The position numbers were made by a program, and so were the translations under genes. The notes beneath the pieces are model-generated. The model did no database searches. It was not told where the DNA came from and was given only the letters and a program-made list of their open reading frames with translations. A DNA stretch of 27,039 nucleotides, taken from positions 1 through 27,039 of IMG/VR virus record IMGVR_UViG_3300041403_000630, one strand, 5' to 3'. This DNA is from a virus. Its lineage: Duplodnaviria; Caudoviricetes. Below are positions 1-8,613 of the stretch, in pieces. Position 1 is the first letter of the stretch. Every line of letters begins with the position of its first letter.

Positions 1-1502
1 GATGGGGTCAAGGATGCCGAGGTGACGTCGGTCGTGACGACCAGGGTGCTCGAGCTGGCACTGCCGTCGATGCCGCCGCAGTTCTCTGGGATCAGCCCGT
101 CGATCTGCTTGGAGACGTCCAGGGCCTTGTTGCCGCCGGCCAGGTCATCGTAGAAATACTGGAGCACATTGCTCGAGCCAGCCTTGCGGCCGACCAGGTA
201 GAGGTTGGATCCGAGCGAGGTCGGCTTGACCAGCTGAGTCTCATACCTGGTGCCTGGGGTGAGGGCTGCGGTCGTGGCTGTCAGGGAATCGACGTCCTCC
301 AGGACGTACTGCCGGCCCTGGCGGGTCATCACCAGGAGGCTGCCCTTGAACGCGACCACGAAGTCAATGTCCGCGACGTCGTCGGATGCGATCGTGAGCT
401 CGATGGGGTCGGCGTCTGAGATCGCCGCCGGCTTCTCGATGAAGAAGTTGAACAGCTCATCGACTCGAGAGAACATCAGCGTGTCGCTGCTGGCCAGGAC
501 CAGGCGGCCCCGGTAGTAGCTCATGTCGGAGAGCGTCTGATTGTTCTTGATCGGATCCGGCGGAGGGTTCCGATTGTCGTTGCCGCGAGTCACGGTGTAG
601 TTCTGGTCTCCGGAGAAGTTGACGACCTGGATCAAGTCGCCCGACGCGGCCTGGGCGAAGCCATTGGAGTTGAGAGTGCAGGCTCCGTCGCCCGGCACCA
701 GGTCCTCGCTGATCTCGCAGACGATCTCTTGGTCCGGCAGGGGCCCGCCGGTGCAGAGCACTTTCCCCCTGGTGATCGAGTTGAGCTCCCCCAGGTACTG
801 CTGCACGCCGTTTCCCTCGTTGCCTTCCTCGAAGCGGGAGGCTGGGGCGTCGAAGTCGATGTGATCGAACGCGATCTCGTCGGTGGTGGAGGTGTACCTG
901 GTGGTGGTGTCCCCGCGATACCGGAGCCGGAACTCGCCCGTGGTGGCCGTGCCGGAGATCACCTGCTCCTTGAAGTTGCGTTCCGTCCAGGGCGTCTGCG
1001 TCATCTCGAACGTCAGTGGGCTGACGCTGGTCCGCTTCAGGGAGTGCGGCATGACAGCTGCGTCGAACTTGGTGCTCGACGACATCCCGGTCGCCACCTT
1101 GCGGTTCAGGACGAAGGTGGTGTCACCGATGGTGAGGAACCGCAGGTCCTCTCGGGTTGCCCCGCCCAGGGCAAGGTAGGTCGCCGAGGTGGCCTTCATC
1201 GTCAGATTGGCCTTGGCCCCGGTCTTGACGTCGATGATCTCGAACAGGCTTTGGCCGAACACGATCAGGTACTGCTCGTCGTCATCCCGCTCAATCCGGT
1301 GGAGTCCGTACGCCCTGCCGTCCTGCGGCGTGGCGTCGAGGATGGAAACGATGGAGCTCCCAGGCCGGCGGACCGCTCCCTTCGTGATCGAGAAGATGAT
1401 GTTCTCGGCGTCCTCGAGCTGCGTGTCCGGCCGCATCACTGGGGCCTGGGTGCTGATGCCCTGGCTAAGCGTGCGGGCTCGGAAGGTGTACGGCGACTCC
1501 AT
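1..1502 (-). CDS. Tail tubular protein B (nozzle, T7 gp12-like), partial; runs off the window's left edge
   Basis: Not in the ORF track because there is no stop in the window. ATG at 1502. My translation: MESPYTFRARTLSQGISTQAPVMRPDTQLEDAENIIFSITKGAVRRPG...LRFLTIGDTTFVLNR...MPHSLKR...GNDNRNPPP...DMSYYRGRLVL...FNFF...DADPIELTI. These match T7 gp12 motifs (GGISQQP, EGLQKRP, TVADYTFIVNR, MPHALVR, FFRNRL, DDDPIDV). Follows the gp11-like genes. Confidence 0.9.
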   Translation of the reverse strand, partial: MESPYTFRARTLSQGISTQAPVMRPDTQLEDAENIIFSITKGAVRRPGSSIVSILDATPQDGRAYGLHRIERDDDEQYLIVFGQSLFEIIDVKTGAKANLTMKATSATYLALGGATREDLRFLTIGDTTFVLNRKVATGMSSSTKFDAAVMPHSLKRTSVSPLTFEMTQTPWTERNFKEQVISGTATTGEFRLRYRGDTTTRYTSTTDEIAFDHIDFDAPASRFEEGNEGNGVQQYLGELNSITRGKVLCTGGPLPDQEIVCEISEDLVPGDGACTLNSNGFAQAASGDLIQVVNFSGDQNYTVTRGNDNRNPPPDPIKNNQTLSDMSYYRGRLVLASSDTLMFSRVDELFNFFIEKPAAISDADPIELTIASDDVADIDFVVAFKGSLLVMTRQGRQYVLEDVDSLTATTAALTPGTRYETQLVKPTSLGSNLYLVGRKAGSSNVLQYFYDDLAGGNKALDVSKQIDGLIPENCGGIDGSASSSTLVVTTDVTSASLTP

Positions 1503-1505
1503 GGG

Positions 1506-2144
1506 TCAACCCTCCTGGGCCGGCGGCTGGTTCCCGAACATCGGCCCAGCGTTGGGCAGAGCCGATCGCTTTCTGACTGGATCGTTCCTGGGAACTCTTG
1601 CGTCGGCGAGCTGCCGCTCCTGGCCGATCATGGCATCCTGCGTCTGAGAGCCCTGGAGACGTCGCTGGAACTCCATCGCCGCAGCCTTGACGATGTTCTC
1701 ACGGAGATGCTCCGAGAGATCGTCCCAGGGGAGCTTTTGGATGACATCGACCTGGATCGAGTCACTGCCACCCACCGTCGTGCCGGCGTCTGCATCGTAA
1801 ATCTCCTGGGTGCCTCCCGACTTGCGGAGTCCGAGCGTCCGATGGCCATCCTTGCCGGTACCCTGGACGCCCAGGATGTTGCCGCTGTTGATCGCCAGGA
1901 TGTTGGTGGCCGTGTCGGTCTTGGCATAGATCATGTTCTCAGGCCACCCCATCGCCTGGGTGCGGATGTTCGCGCGCTCCAGGAACGAGAGTGCTCGGCC
2001 GGCGACCGTGCCATCGTTGACCGAAGTGGGAATCGTTGCGACGGGGAATTCTCCGATTGTCTCGAGGAGCTCATTCACCGCTTCGATGATTAGGTCGTCG
2101 GAAGATAGGTAGCTCCCGTTGGGCAGAGTTCTGTTCAGTGCCAT
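1506..2144 (-). CDS. Tail tubular protein A (adaptor, T7 gp11-like), paralogue 2
   Basis: EAVNELLETIGEFPV, QAMGWPEN and WDDLSEHLRENIVKAAAMEFQRR resemble gp11 motifs ([42 protein letters not shown]). Directly upstream of the gp12-like gene. Confidence 0.8.
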   Translation of the reverse strand: MALNRTLPNGSYLSSDDLIIEAVNELLETIGEFPVATIPTSVNDGTVAGRALSFLERANIRTQAMGWPENMIYAKTDTATNILAINSGNILGVQGTGKDGHRTLGLRKSGGTQEIYDADAGTTVGGSDSIQVDVIQKLPWDDLSEHLRENIVKAAAMEFQRRLQGSQTQDAMIGQERQLADARVPRNDPVRKRSALPNAGPMFGNQPPAQEG

Positions 2145-2809
2145 CAGTGGTACCCCCGTCGGCTAGTGTGTGAGAATCGGCCCCGGATCGCGGTTGCCTC
2201 CCTGGTTGCCAGGATGTTGACGTCACCCTGCTTCATCTGATCTTTGTTCATCAGCATCTCCTGCCGGCCGACAAGCATCGCCAGCTGCGACTGAATCTCC
2301 GGCCGGAACTGGTAGGCCATGTTCACGTCAAGAGCTGTCTTGGCAATGATGTAGTCCATGAACGGTTCGGGGATGAAGTCGAAACGGACTTCGTACTGGA
2401 ATTCGACCTCCAGGTCGGAGTCGAAGGTGAAGTCATTGTCTATCAGGTTGAACAGCCTGGTCACGCCAGAATCGTCCTTCATCACTACCGGGGTCTGCCG
2501 GCTAGTTCCGACCGTGTCGATCCTCAGGATCTGGCCTGTTCCTCCCGCCGGCGTCGGCAGGTTTGCCAGGCCCCCTGAAGTCAGCGCGATGGTGACGTCG
2601 GTCTCGGTGTTCCAGTACCAGCCCATCTCCTGAACCTGGCGAGAGCACCGATCTAGGAAACGCTCGACATAGGAGGCGGTACTCGAGCTCGAGCTGCCCT
2701 CGGCGGTATCAGTCTTCTCGACTGGGGATACCCCGCCCGCCGGCAACGCCTGGTCCATCTTGCCAACCAGGTTGAGGACGCGATTGACGGCGTCAGCTTT
2801 GGTGGTCAC
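2144..2809 (-). CDS. Tail tubular protein A (adaptor, T7 gp11-like), paralogue 1
   Basis: DAVNRVL, QVQEMGWYWNTE, FDFIPEPFMDYIIAKTA and GDVNIL are gp11-family motifs. GTG start overlaps the upstream stop; TGATG coupling to the next gene. Confidence 0.85.
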   Translation of the reverse strand: MTTKADAVNRVLNLVGKMDQALPAGGVSPVEKTDTAEGSSSSSTASYVERFLDRCSRQVQEMGWYWNTETDVTIALTSGGLANLPTPAGGTGQILRIDTVGTSRQTPVVMKDDSGVTRLFNLIDNDFTFDSDLEVEFQYEVRFDFIPEPFMDYIIAKTALDVNMAYQFRPEIQSQLAMLVGRQEMLMNKDQMKQGDVNILATREATAIRGRFSHTSRRGYH

Positions 2810-2910
2810 GGCTTCTCAATCCGTGAAGTGATCCAGCGAACCCCTGCCTGGACGATCGGGTAGACGATGACCCCAGTGACGAATCCCAGGGCGTAGGTGA
2901 CGATGCTCAT
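2806..2910 (-). CDS. 34-aa single-pass membrane peptide
   Basis: Below the ORF-track cutoff. MSIVTYALGFVTGVIVYPIVQAGVRWITSRIEKP*. GAGG precedes the ATG, it fills the gap exactly, and it has a GTGA overlap with the next gene. Confidence 0.6.
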   Translation of the reverse strand: MSIVTYALGFVTGVIVYPIVQAGVRWITSRIEKP

Positions 2911-2919
2911 GTCGGTACC

Positions 2920-3561
2920 TCAGTTGGGGGAGATGACGAGAATGTGGGCCTGGACGACCTTGTTCGTCCCGGAGTGCCCGTGGTCAGTGTTGTGGGTCGG
3001 GTAGATCTTCAGGGTTCCGTCGGCGATCACCGTTCGGAAGAAGAAGTCGTCTTCGTGGGGGTTTGTGGAACCTGGGTTGAGCCGGCACATGACGATGCCC
3101 TTGGCGTTGTCGCCGCCGTTCGTCGCGGCCGTGGTGAAGTTGATCTGGATCCCAGAGCTTGCGACGGCGGCCTCGTTGGCGATGATGGAGACCGTGTCGA
3201 TCCCGAAGCTCGTGCCCGACACGACGCTGAGATTGCTGACGGCCACGGCGGCGGCGTTCTGGATCCAGGTCGCGGTGAACTGGAGCACGCCTCCGACCCT
3301 GGGCAGGGCCGAGCTCACGGGCCTGGAATTCACCTCCACCTCGCCGGCGGCCACGGTGCCAGTGCTCGTCAGCCCTGATGCGCTGAAGACGTTGCCCGAT
3401 CCGACCAGGGTGCCAGACGGCAGCGTGCATCCGCCGGCGCTGCCGGCAATCAGGCTGGAGTTGGCGGTCAGCGTTATGTCATTATCCGTGGTCACGTCAG
3501 ATCCGAGCGTGATCGCGGAGGTCGTGTTCTTCTGAATCTCATTGACCTTTAGGGTGCTCAT
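2920..3561 (-). CDS. Virion fibre/spike-like structural protein
   Basis: The MSTLKVNEIQ N-terminus is typical of small phage fibre proteins. G/S/T-rich shaft and beta-rich C-terminus; lies in the late operon. Confidence 0.6.
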   Translation of the reverse strand: MSTLKVNEIQKNTTSAITLGSDVTTDNDITLTANSSLIAGSAGGCTLPSGTLVGSGNVFSASGLTSTGTVAAGEVEVNSRPVSSALPRVGGVLQFTATWIQNAAAVAVSNLSVVSGTSFGIDTVSIIANEAAVASSGIQINFTTAATNGGDNAKGIVMCRLNPGSTNPHEDDFFFRTVIADGTLKIYPTHNTDHGHSGTNKVVQAHILVISPN

Positions 3562-4000
3562 TGGCAGTCCTCAGCTTTTGGCGGTTATCGAATAGGCCGA
3601 ACACCCAGAGTCCGACCAGCCCCAGGACAGCGATGAAGACCCAGGTGGAGTAGCGATCCATGAGGATCGGGAACGCGAACGCGGCAGCTCCGGCTGCGAT
3701 CAGGATGACGCTGGTTGACCTGGGCAGGAACGGCATCGCCCCGCTCAGTAGCAGGGACGCCAGGCCGGCGGCGACCAGGCCGATTCCCAGCCAGCTCGTG
3801 CTGGCCGAGACATGCTCCAGAGCCTGGTCCGTGGCCTGGCGAGCTCCAGCCTGGAGAAGCATGTCCCCGACCTGGATGACCGGGGGCTCCACCGCGTCGA
3901 TTGGACTCGTGATCTCGGCCTCGAGGCCCTCCGGGGTCGTGACCTTGATGCTTGAGGTGCATCCTGCCAGGCCCAGGGCCGCGAGTGAAACACGTTTCAC
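3539..4000 (-). CDS. Lipoprotein with three C-terminal transmembrane helices (possible lysis/spanin-like protein)
   Basis: MKRVSLAALGLAGC has a basic N-terminus, hydrophobic core and LAGC lipobox. Three hydrophobic stretches in the C-terminal half. GTGA overlap with the upstream gene. Confidence 0.65.
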   Translation of the reverse strand: MKRVSLAALGLAGCTSSIKVTTPEGLEAEITSPIDAVEPPVIQVGDMLLQAGARQATDQALEHVSASTSWLGIGLVAAGLASLLLSGAMPFLPRSTSVILIAAGAAAFAFPILMDRYSTWVFIAVLGLVGLWVFGLFDNRQKLRTANEHPKGQ

Positions 4001-4230
4001 GGCTCGATGTCTTCGGGCGGCGGAGTCGGGTCATACTCGACCGTCTTGAGCGATTCGGCGGCTGCGGTGAGCTGTGCACCAGTGGCGACGAGCTCGTCGA
4101 TGAGGCCGTCGTCAGTCGCGGTGCGAGCCTCGAGCTCCTTGAAGATGATCCCCAGCCGCTGGATGCGGCCCGTGATCGTGTTCATCGAGCTCTCGATTGC
4201 GGCAAAGGTCTGGAGTCTGTCGGATGCCAT
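3997..4230 (-). CDS. Hypothetical helical/coiled-coil protein, 77 aa
   Basis: AAGGGG upstream of the ATG, tight packing, amphipathic helical sequence. Confidence 0.7.
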   Translation of the reverse strand: MASDRLQTFAAIESSMNTITGRIQRLGIIFKELEARTATDDGLIDELVATGAQLTAAAESLKTVEYDPTPPPEDIEP

Positions 4231-4239
4231 GGGTTCCCC

Positions 4240-7200
4240 TTATGTGTCATCGGTGTAGAAGAAGTCGAGCTGGACGGTGTCGCCGGCTGAGAACTTGGCG
4301 TAGGCGGCCGTACCGTCGCCAGTGTTATACAGCCACCTCAAGTAGAACGGGTTGCTACTGAACGGCTCGATGCCACTGGAGTCCCCGAATCGGACGGCAT
4401 AGGCCTCGTCGTAGACGGACGATGTCGGACTGTCCCAGAGATCGAACTCGCTGCCCGAAGTGGTGTTCCTGAGCCTGGCGTGCTGGAGCTTGGTGTCTGC
4501 GAAGAAGTCGTTCCCGTCGCTGAACGTGCCTCCGGTGCTGAGTCGCCACAGGATGAAGATCTGCTGCGACGAGCCTCGCATCGGCTGGTAGGTGTGTGCC
4601 TGCCAGTCGTCTGCTGCTGGCCCACTGTCTGACACGTTGGAGAGGCTGAAGTTGGAACTGCCGGTGGCGACCAGGGTGAACGTCGCGGTGTAGTTGGGGC
4701 TCGACCAGTCGAACGGGGCCGTCCAGCTGTCGGTTCCACCGGCTCCGGAGGTCCCGGTGTAGTCGTCCATCACGACGAAGAAGCCTGGGAAGGTGTCGCT
4801 TCCCCCAATTCCAATCCTGCCGTCGTTGTTGTTGGCCCCGGTCGGCCATGCGTGCGGGATGTATTGCGCCCGGCCGTTGCTGGTGGGAGTCCCGCCCTCA
4901 GCCGTCCCGTCCGAATACCCGTTCCGCTTGTAGACGTACCAACCATCGTCGTTGTGGGCGTAGCCTCCGGCCGCCTCGTGCTCGGGCGAGAACCAGACCG
5001 CGCAATATAGGGGCGACTGGACCTGGCTGCCAGGATTGCCGTATCCGCCTTCGAAGCCGTATGTGTAGGGCGCGGTGCCCCCGCCGACGGGATTGCCTCG
5101 CAGCGTAGCGTATACGCCGGACGCCAAGGGGAACTGGTGATCGTAGTCAACCGAGACGGTGTCGGTGTCGAAGCGATTGAGGACTCCAGCGCCTTGCTGG
5201 TGCGTGTCCCAGTCCGCCGTGGATGCGGCGTTCGTGGTGAACGTGTGAGTATCCGACTTCGGCGTGTCACTCGCCTGGCTGTCAACGGCCTGGGCGGTGA
5301 TGGTGTACGCGACCGAAGGATCTGGGAACACGATCGAGGCGGTGGCTCCGCTCGGAATGATGCTCGCGCTGGGCGAGCTCGACCAGGTCCAGGTGATCGA
5401 GTTGGACGTGCCCGACCTGGCTGCCGTGAACGTCTGGGCAGTGTCCTCATCTCCAGAGGTCGGGCCGCTGATCGTGACCGTGCCGATGGTGGCCTTCGTG
5501 GTGATGTTCTGCTGGGTAGTGACCGGCGAGTCCGACGCCCCGGAGTCCGTGGCAGTGACCGACACCGTGTACGTCACCGAGGGATCAGGGAAGGTGATCG
5601 AAGCCGAAGAGCCGGCAGCAGTGATGCTCGCGCTGGGCGAGCTGGACCAGGCCCAGGTGATAGATCCGGCGTTCCCGCTCCTGGTGACAGACCAGGAGGT
5701 AGCCGTGTCTTCAGCGGCAGTCTGAGGTCCACTGATGGAAAGCGAGCCGATGGTGGTCGGGACGGATGGTGCCTGGCCTGTGTTCTTCTCGCCGGCCTGG
5801 CGGGCGATCGCCGGCATGTTGTTGATCTCGTTGTGCCGGCGGCCTCGCGTGGTGGCCTGGCGGCTTCGCAGCTTTGGCGTGCCGCCCAGCATTCGGATGA
5901 CGCCCTGGGTAGGCATCGGGGATCCGATCAGAGTGTGAGGGCCGATGACCAGGGGCGTCTCAGCCAGGGCGACGTTCGTCAGGAACGTCCAGGCCCCGTC
6001 ATTGTCGCTCGTGTCCGCCAGCCGCATCGTTCCGACATTGGAGACGCTTGACGCCTGCGCGATCTCGGGCTCGTCCTGGGTGCCGACCTCGAGGATCTTG
6101 CCTTCCTCGTACTTCGCAGAGAACACCTGGGTGCCGAGCCTGGAGTTCTTGTCGCTGTTGATCGCCTGGATCTCGACGGTGCCGGTGGCACGGTCGCCGG
6201 AGTTCTTGGGATCTTGCAGGTCTGCGTAGATGAACGCTTCCCGGCGGTTGGTGCTGCTGTTGGTGAATGAGTAGATCGGCACCTGCATTCCGGTGGGCGT
6301 GGTCAGCTCCTGCGAGGAGACTCCCCACTGCGGGCGACCCACCCAGCTCATCGGTGCCATGAATCCGTTGCTGATCGTGGCGATCGAGGAGTCGAAAATG
6401 GCCCCCACGGCTCCTGCAATGCAGTAGCCAGTGAACCCGCCCTGGTTGCCGTCGTGGTATCGCCGATCGTCAGTGACGCCGCTGAGATACGGGAACGGAT
6501 CGGGCAGGGCACACTGCTGGATCGCCGCCTTGCCGTCTGGATCCATCTCCATCGAGGCCTGGCCCGTAGTTATTTGATCTTTCCAGATCAAAATCTGGTC
6601 AGTACGGCCGAGTCCCGGTACCTTCGTCCGCTCGACCTTCAGCACGCCCTGGGGTGCGGATCCGCTGTAGTCCTGGGCTTCGCCTCGCAGCGTGATGTTC
6701 GCCGCCTGGCGGCACGTCAGGAAGTGCTGCATGACCTCGCGGTTGGATAGGGCCTTCCGGTACACGGCGGGGTACGCGAACATCCCCGACATCGTGAACT
6801 GATTCTCGCTCGTGATGCCCAAGCCACCTGGGACGTGGAACCAGGTGCATCCGCCCACCCAGGCCGTCAGCCCAGGGGCGGCGGAGTAGCTGTAGGTCGC
6901 GGGGTTCGACGCCGGCCGCGTTGACCAGGCACGGTTCACCCCGTTCTGATCTCGGAAGCTGCCGAAGTCGTTGTTGTTGTAGTTGCCGACCTCCCGTCCG
7001 TTCCAGAACAGCTGGACGTGGGTGGCACTATGGAACACTGCGACGACATGCTGCCACTCAGCTGTGCTCGGGTTGCTCGAGCTGGTCGGATACTTGGTGC
7101 GACCTGGATCAGGACCGGCCTGGTAGAGGGGGTCGTGGCCTTGCCATCCGCCCCAGAAGACCACGGGGACGCCTGGGTTGCTCGAGTCGGCCTTGAACCC

Positions 7201-7884
7201 GACGCCCCAGCACTGCCATCCATCCTGGGGGTGAGCATCAGCTGGCGAACCAGGGTCGTTCGGCGGGGCGATCATAATCGCACAGCCTGGTTTGTCGGTG
7301 GCGGTCGGATCCGTACCCGTATTCGATGCCGTGGGCTTGACCCAGCACTCCAGGCTGAACGGGAAGCTGTCCACGATCTTAGTGGTGCCGGTCTGCTCGG
7401 CCACCAGGACCTCGTTGTTCGCCATGGTCCAGGAACCAGGCACCGTCATCTCTGGGTTTGACACTGGCCACGTTTGCGTGGCGTTCGTCCGCCTGGCCAG
7501 GGGGCTGAGGCTGCCACCTTCGCCATAGAAGCCGATGTTCTGGCCCAGCAACGCCGGAGCGATCAGCCTGCCCCAGTTGGGACTGCCGCCAGAACCGGAG
7601 AGACCCCGCTGTGCACCTGCATAGGTGCCGCCGCCACTTTCCGGGACGGCCATCTGGATCAGATCGCTGGGGATTCCGCCGCCGTTGCCGACGTTGTAAC
7701 GCGGCATCCAGAGGGCATACGCACCGTCGGCCACGCACTTGGCCAGGTAGTCTCGGTCGTTGATCTCATCCACCCACCGATAGACGGTCGGTTGCCCGTC
7801 AGCTGCGGACACCGGCTCGATCCGGCCCCAGAAGCAGGCCGCGCCGTTGTCTTCGAGTTTCTGGCGGATGCGATGAATGCTCAT
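4240..7884 (-). CDS. Large virion-associated protein (1214 aa) with a LamG/concanavalin-A-like domain and two Ig/PKD-like repeats
   Basis: LamG-like motifs FSLECWVKP, WQHVVAVF, QLFWNGREVG and AVYRKALSNREVMQHF (~6715-7380). Two 88-aa TIG..ISGP..WSSSPSASI..FPDPSV.YT repeats. G/S/T-rich. Confidence 0.8.
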   Translation of the reverse strand: MSIHRIRQKLEDNGAACFWGRIEPVSAADGQPTVYRWVDEINDRDYLAKCVADGAYALWMPRYNVGNGGGIPSDLIQMAVPESGGGTYAGAQRGLSGSGGSPNWGRLIAPALLGQNIGFYGEGGSLSPLARRTNATQTWPVSNPEMTVPGSWTMANNEVLVAEQTGTTKIVDSFPFSLECWVKPTASNTGTDPTATDKPGCAIMIAPPNDPGSPADAHPQDGWQCWGVGFKADSSNPGVPVVFWGGWQGHDPLYQAGPDPGRTKYPTSSSNPSTAEWQHVVAVFHSATHVQLFWNGREVGNYNNNDFGSFRDQNGVNRAWSTRPASNPATYSYSAAPGLTAWVGGCTWFHVPGGLGITSENQFTMSGMFAYPAVYRKALSNREVMQHFLTCRQAANITLRGEAQDYSGSAPQGVLKVERTKVPGLGRTDQILIWKDQITTGQASMEMDPDGKAAIQQCALPDPFPYLSGVTDDRRYHDGNQGGFTGYCIAGAVGAIFDSSIATISNGFMAPMSWVGRPQWGVSSQELTTPTGMQVPIYSFTNSSTNRREAFIYADLQDPKNSGDRATGTVEIQAINSDKNSRLGTQVFSAKYEEGKILEVGTQDEPEIAQASSVSNVGTMRLADTSDNDGAWTFLTNVALAETPLVIGPHTLIGSPMPTQGVIRMLGGTPKLRSRQATTRGRRHNEINNMPAIARQAGEKNTGQAPSVPTTIGSLSISGPQTAAEDTATSWSVTRSGNAGSITWAWSSSPSASITAAGSSASITFPDPSVTYTVSVTATDSGASDSPVTTQQNITTKATIGTVTISGPTSGDEDTAQTFTAARSGTSNSITWTWSSSPSASIIPSGATASIVFPDPSVAYTITAQAVDSQASDTPKSDTHTFTTNAASTADWDTHQQGAGVLNRFDTDTVSVDYDHQFPLASGVYATLRGNPVGGGTAPYTYGFEGGYGNPGSQVQSPLYCAVWFSPEHEAAGGYAHNDDGWYVYKRNGYSDGTAEGGTPTSNGRAQYIPHAWPTGANNNDGRIGIGGSDTFPGFFVVMDDYTGTSGAGGTDSWTAPFDWSSPNYTATFTLVATGSSNFSLSNVSDSGPAADDWQAHTYQPMRGSSQQIFILWRLSTGGTFSDGNDFFADTKLQHARLRNTTSGSEFDLWDSPTSSVYDEAYAVRFGDSSGIEPFSSNPFYLRWLYNTGDGTAAYAKFSAGDTVQLDFFYTDDT
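5227..5754 (-). repeat. Intragenic tandem duplication, 2 x 264 bp (Ig/PKD-like units)
   Basis: Units at 5491-5754 and 5227-5490. Near-identical DNA tgatgctcgcgctgggcgagct(c/g)gaccagg(t/c)ccaggtgat begins at 5358 and 5622, an offset of 264. Confidence 0.9.
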
Positions 7885-8378
7885 CAGAACATCGACACCG
7901 CAGTCTTGAGGCTCGTAGACTCGCCGGAGCCTCCGAGATCGGTGACTCGGATCTCGAGCCGCTCTGCACCCTCCAGGTCACAGGTGATGCTGGCCGTCTC
8001 GCCGGCGATGCCGGAGATAATCCGCACCGACTCGTCCCCGTCGTTGAGTGCGATCGTATCGACCAAGAAGTCGGTGGTGTCGATCGGAGCACCGGCCAGG
8101 CCCTGGGTTGCACCGCAGGTCAGGGCGAACTTGCCGATCAACGTGGGCATCCAGTGGCTGCTTTGGAGCTGAGACCAGCCGTACAGGCTGACCGAGGCGG
8201 TCAGGTTGTCGCCGCTGCCGGCGAACACGAGCTTCGCCAGGTTGCGGTCCCTGGTGACGTGGACGTTCGTGTCGTTCTTCGGGTCGGCGGCTTGGATCGT
8301 CGGCAGGGCGTGATCGGACGACACTTCGGGAAGCACGTCCCATCGCCTGGTGTTGGTCGAGAGCTGTACCTGGGGCAT
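7884..8378 (-). CDS. Hypothetical beta-rich protein, probably structural
   Basis: Abuts both neighbours (starts right after the upstream TAG; TGATG overlap downstream). No family recognised. Confidence 0.7.
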   Translation of the reverse strand: MPQVQLSTNTRRWDVLPEVSSDHALPTIQAADPKNDTNVHVTRDRNLAKLVFAGSGDNLTASVSLYGWSQLQSSHWMPTLIGKFALTCGATQGLAGAPIDTTDFLVDTIALNDGDESVRIISGIAGETASITCDLEGAERLEIRVTDLGGSGESTSLKTAVSMF

Positions 8379-8603
8379 CTATCTGTTTCCTTGTTCGAGC
8401 CTGGCTTCGAGGCTCTCGAGGTCGCGGGTGAGTCGCTCGAGTTGGGACTGCTGGTACTCGAGTCGGATGGAGTGCTCTGTGAGCTTGCGATCGTGGTGCT
8501 GGTAGCTGGCCAGCGTTGCAATGAGCAGGGTTGCTGCCACGCTAAGGATACCAGTCCAATCGCGGCCACTGAGCTTCACTACGTTGTTGGGTTGCTGGGT
8601 CAT
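8379..8603 (-). CDS. Small membrane protein with a coiled-coil tail (holin/i-spanin-like topology)
   Basis: One TM segment (WTGILSVAATLLIATLASY), then a heptad-like C-terminus. Start placed at ATG 8603 after GGAAAGG; the track's alternative is 8615. Confidence 0.65.
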   Translation of the reverse strand: MTQQPNNVVKLSGRDWTGILSVAATLLIATLASYQHHDRKLTEHSIRLEYQQSQLERLTRDLESLEARLEQGNR

Positions 8604-8613
8604 GCCTTTCCCC

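Noticed and set aside
729-2093. 454-aa plus-strand ORF
   Set aside because: Antisense shadow of the tail tube genes. High GC3 suppresses stops on the opposite strand, and there are no recognisable motifs.
4240-5754. Diversity-generating retroelement target in the large adhesin
   Set aside because: No reverse transcriptase is present. The repeat is an in-frame domain duplication without adenine-specific differences.
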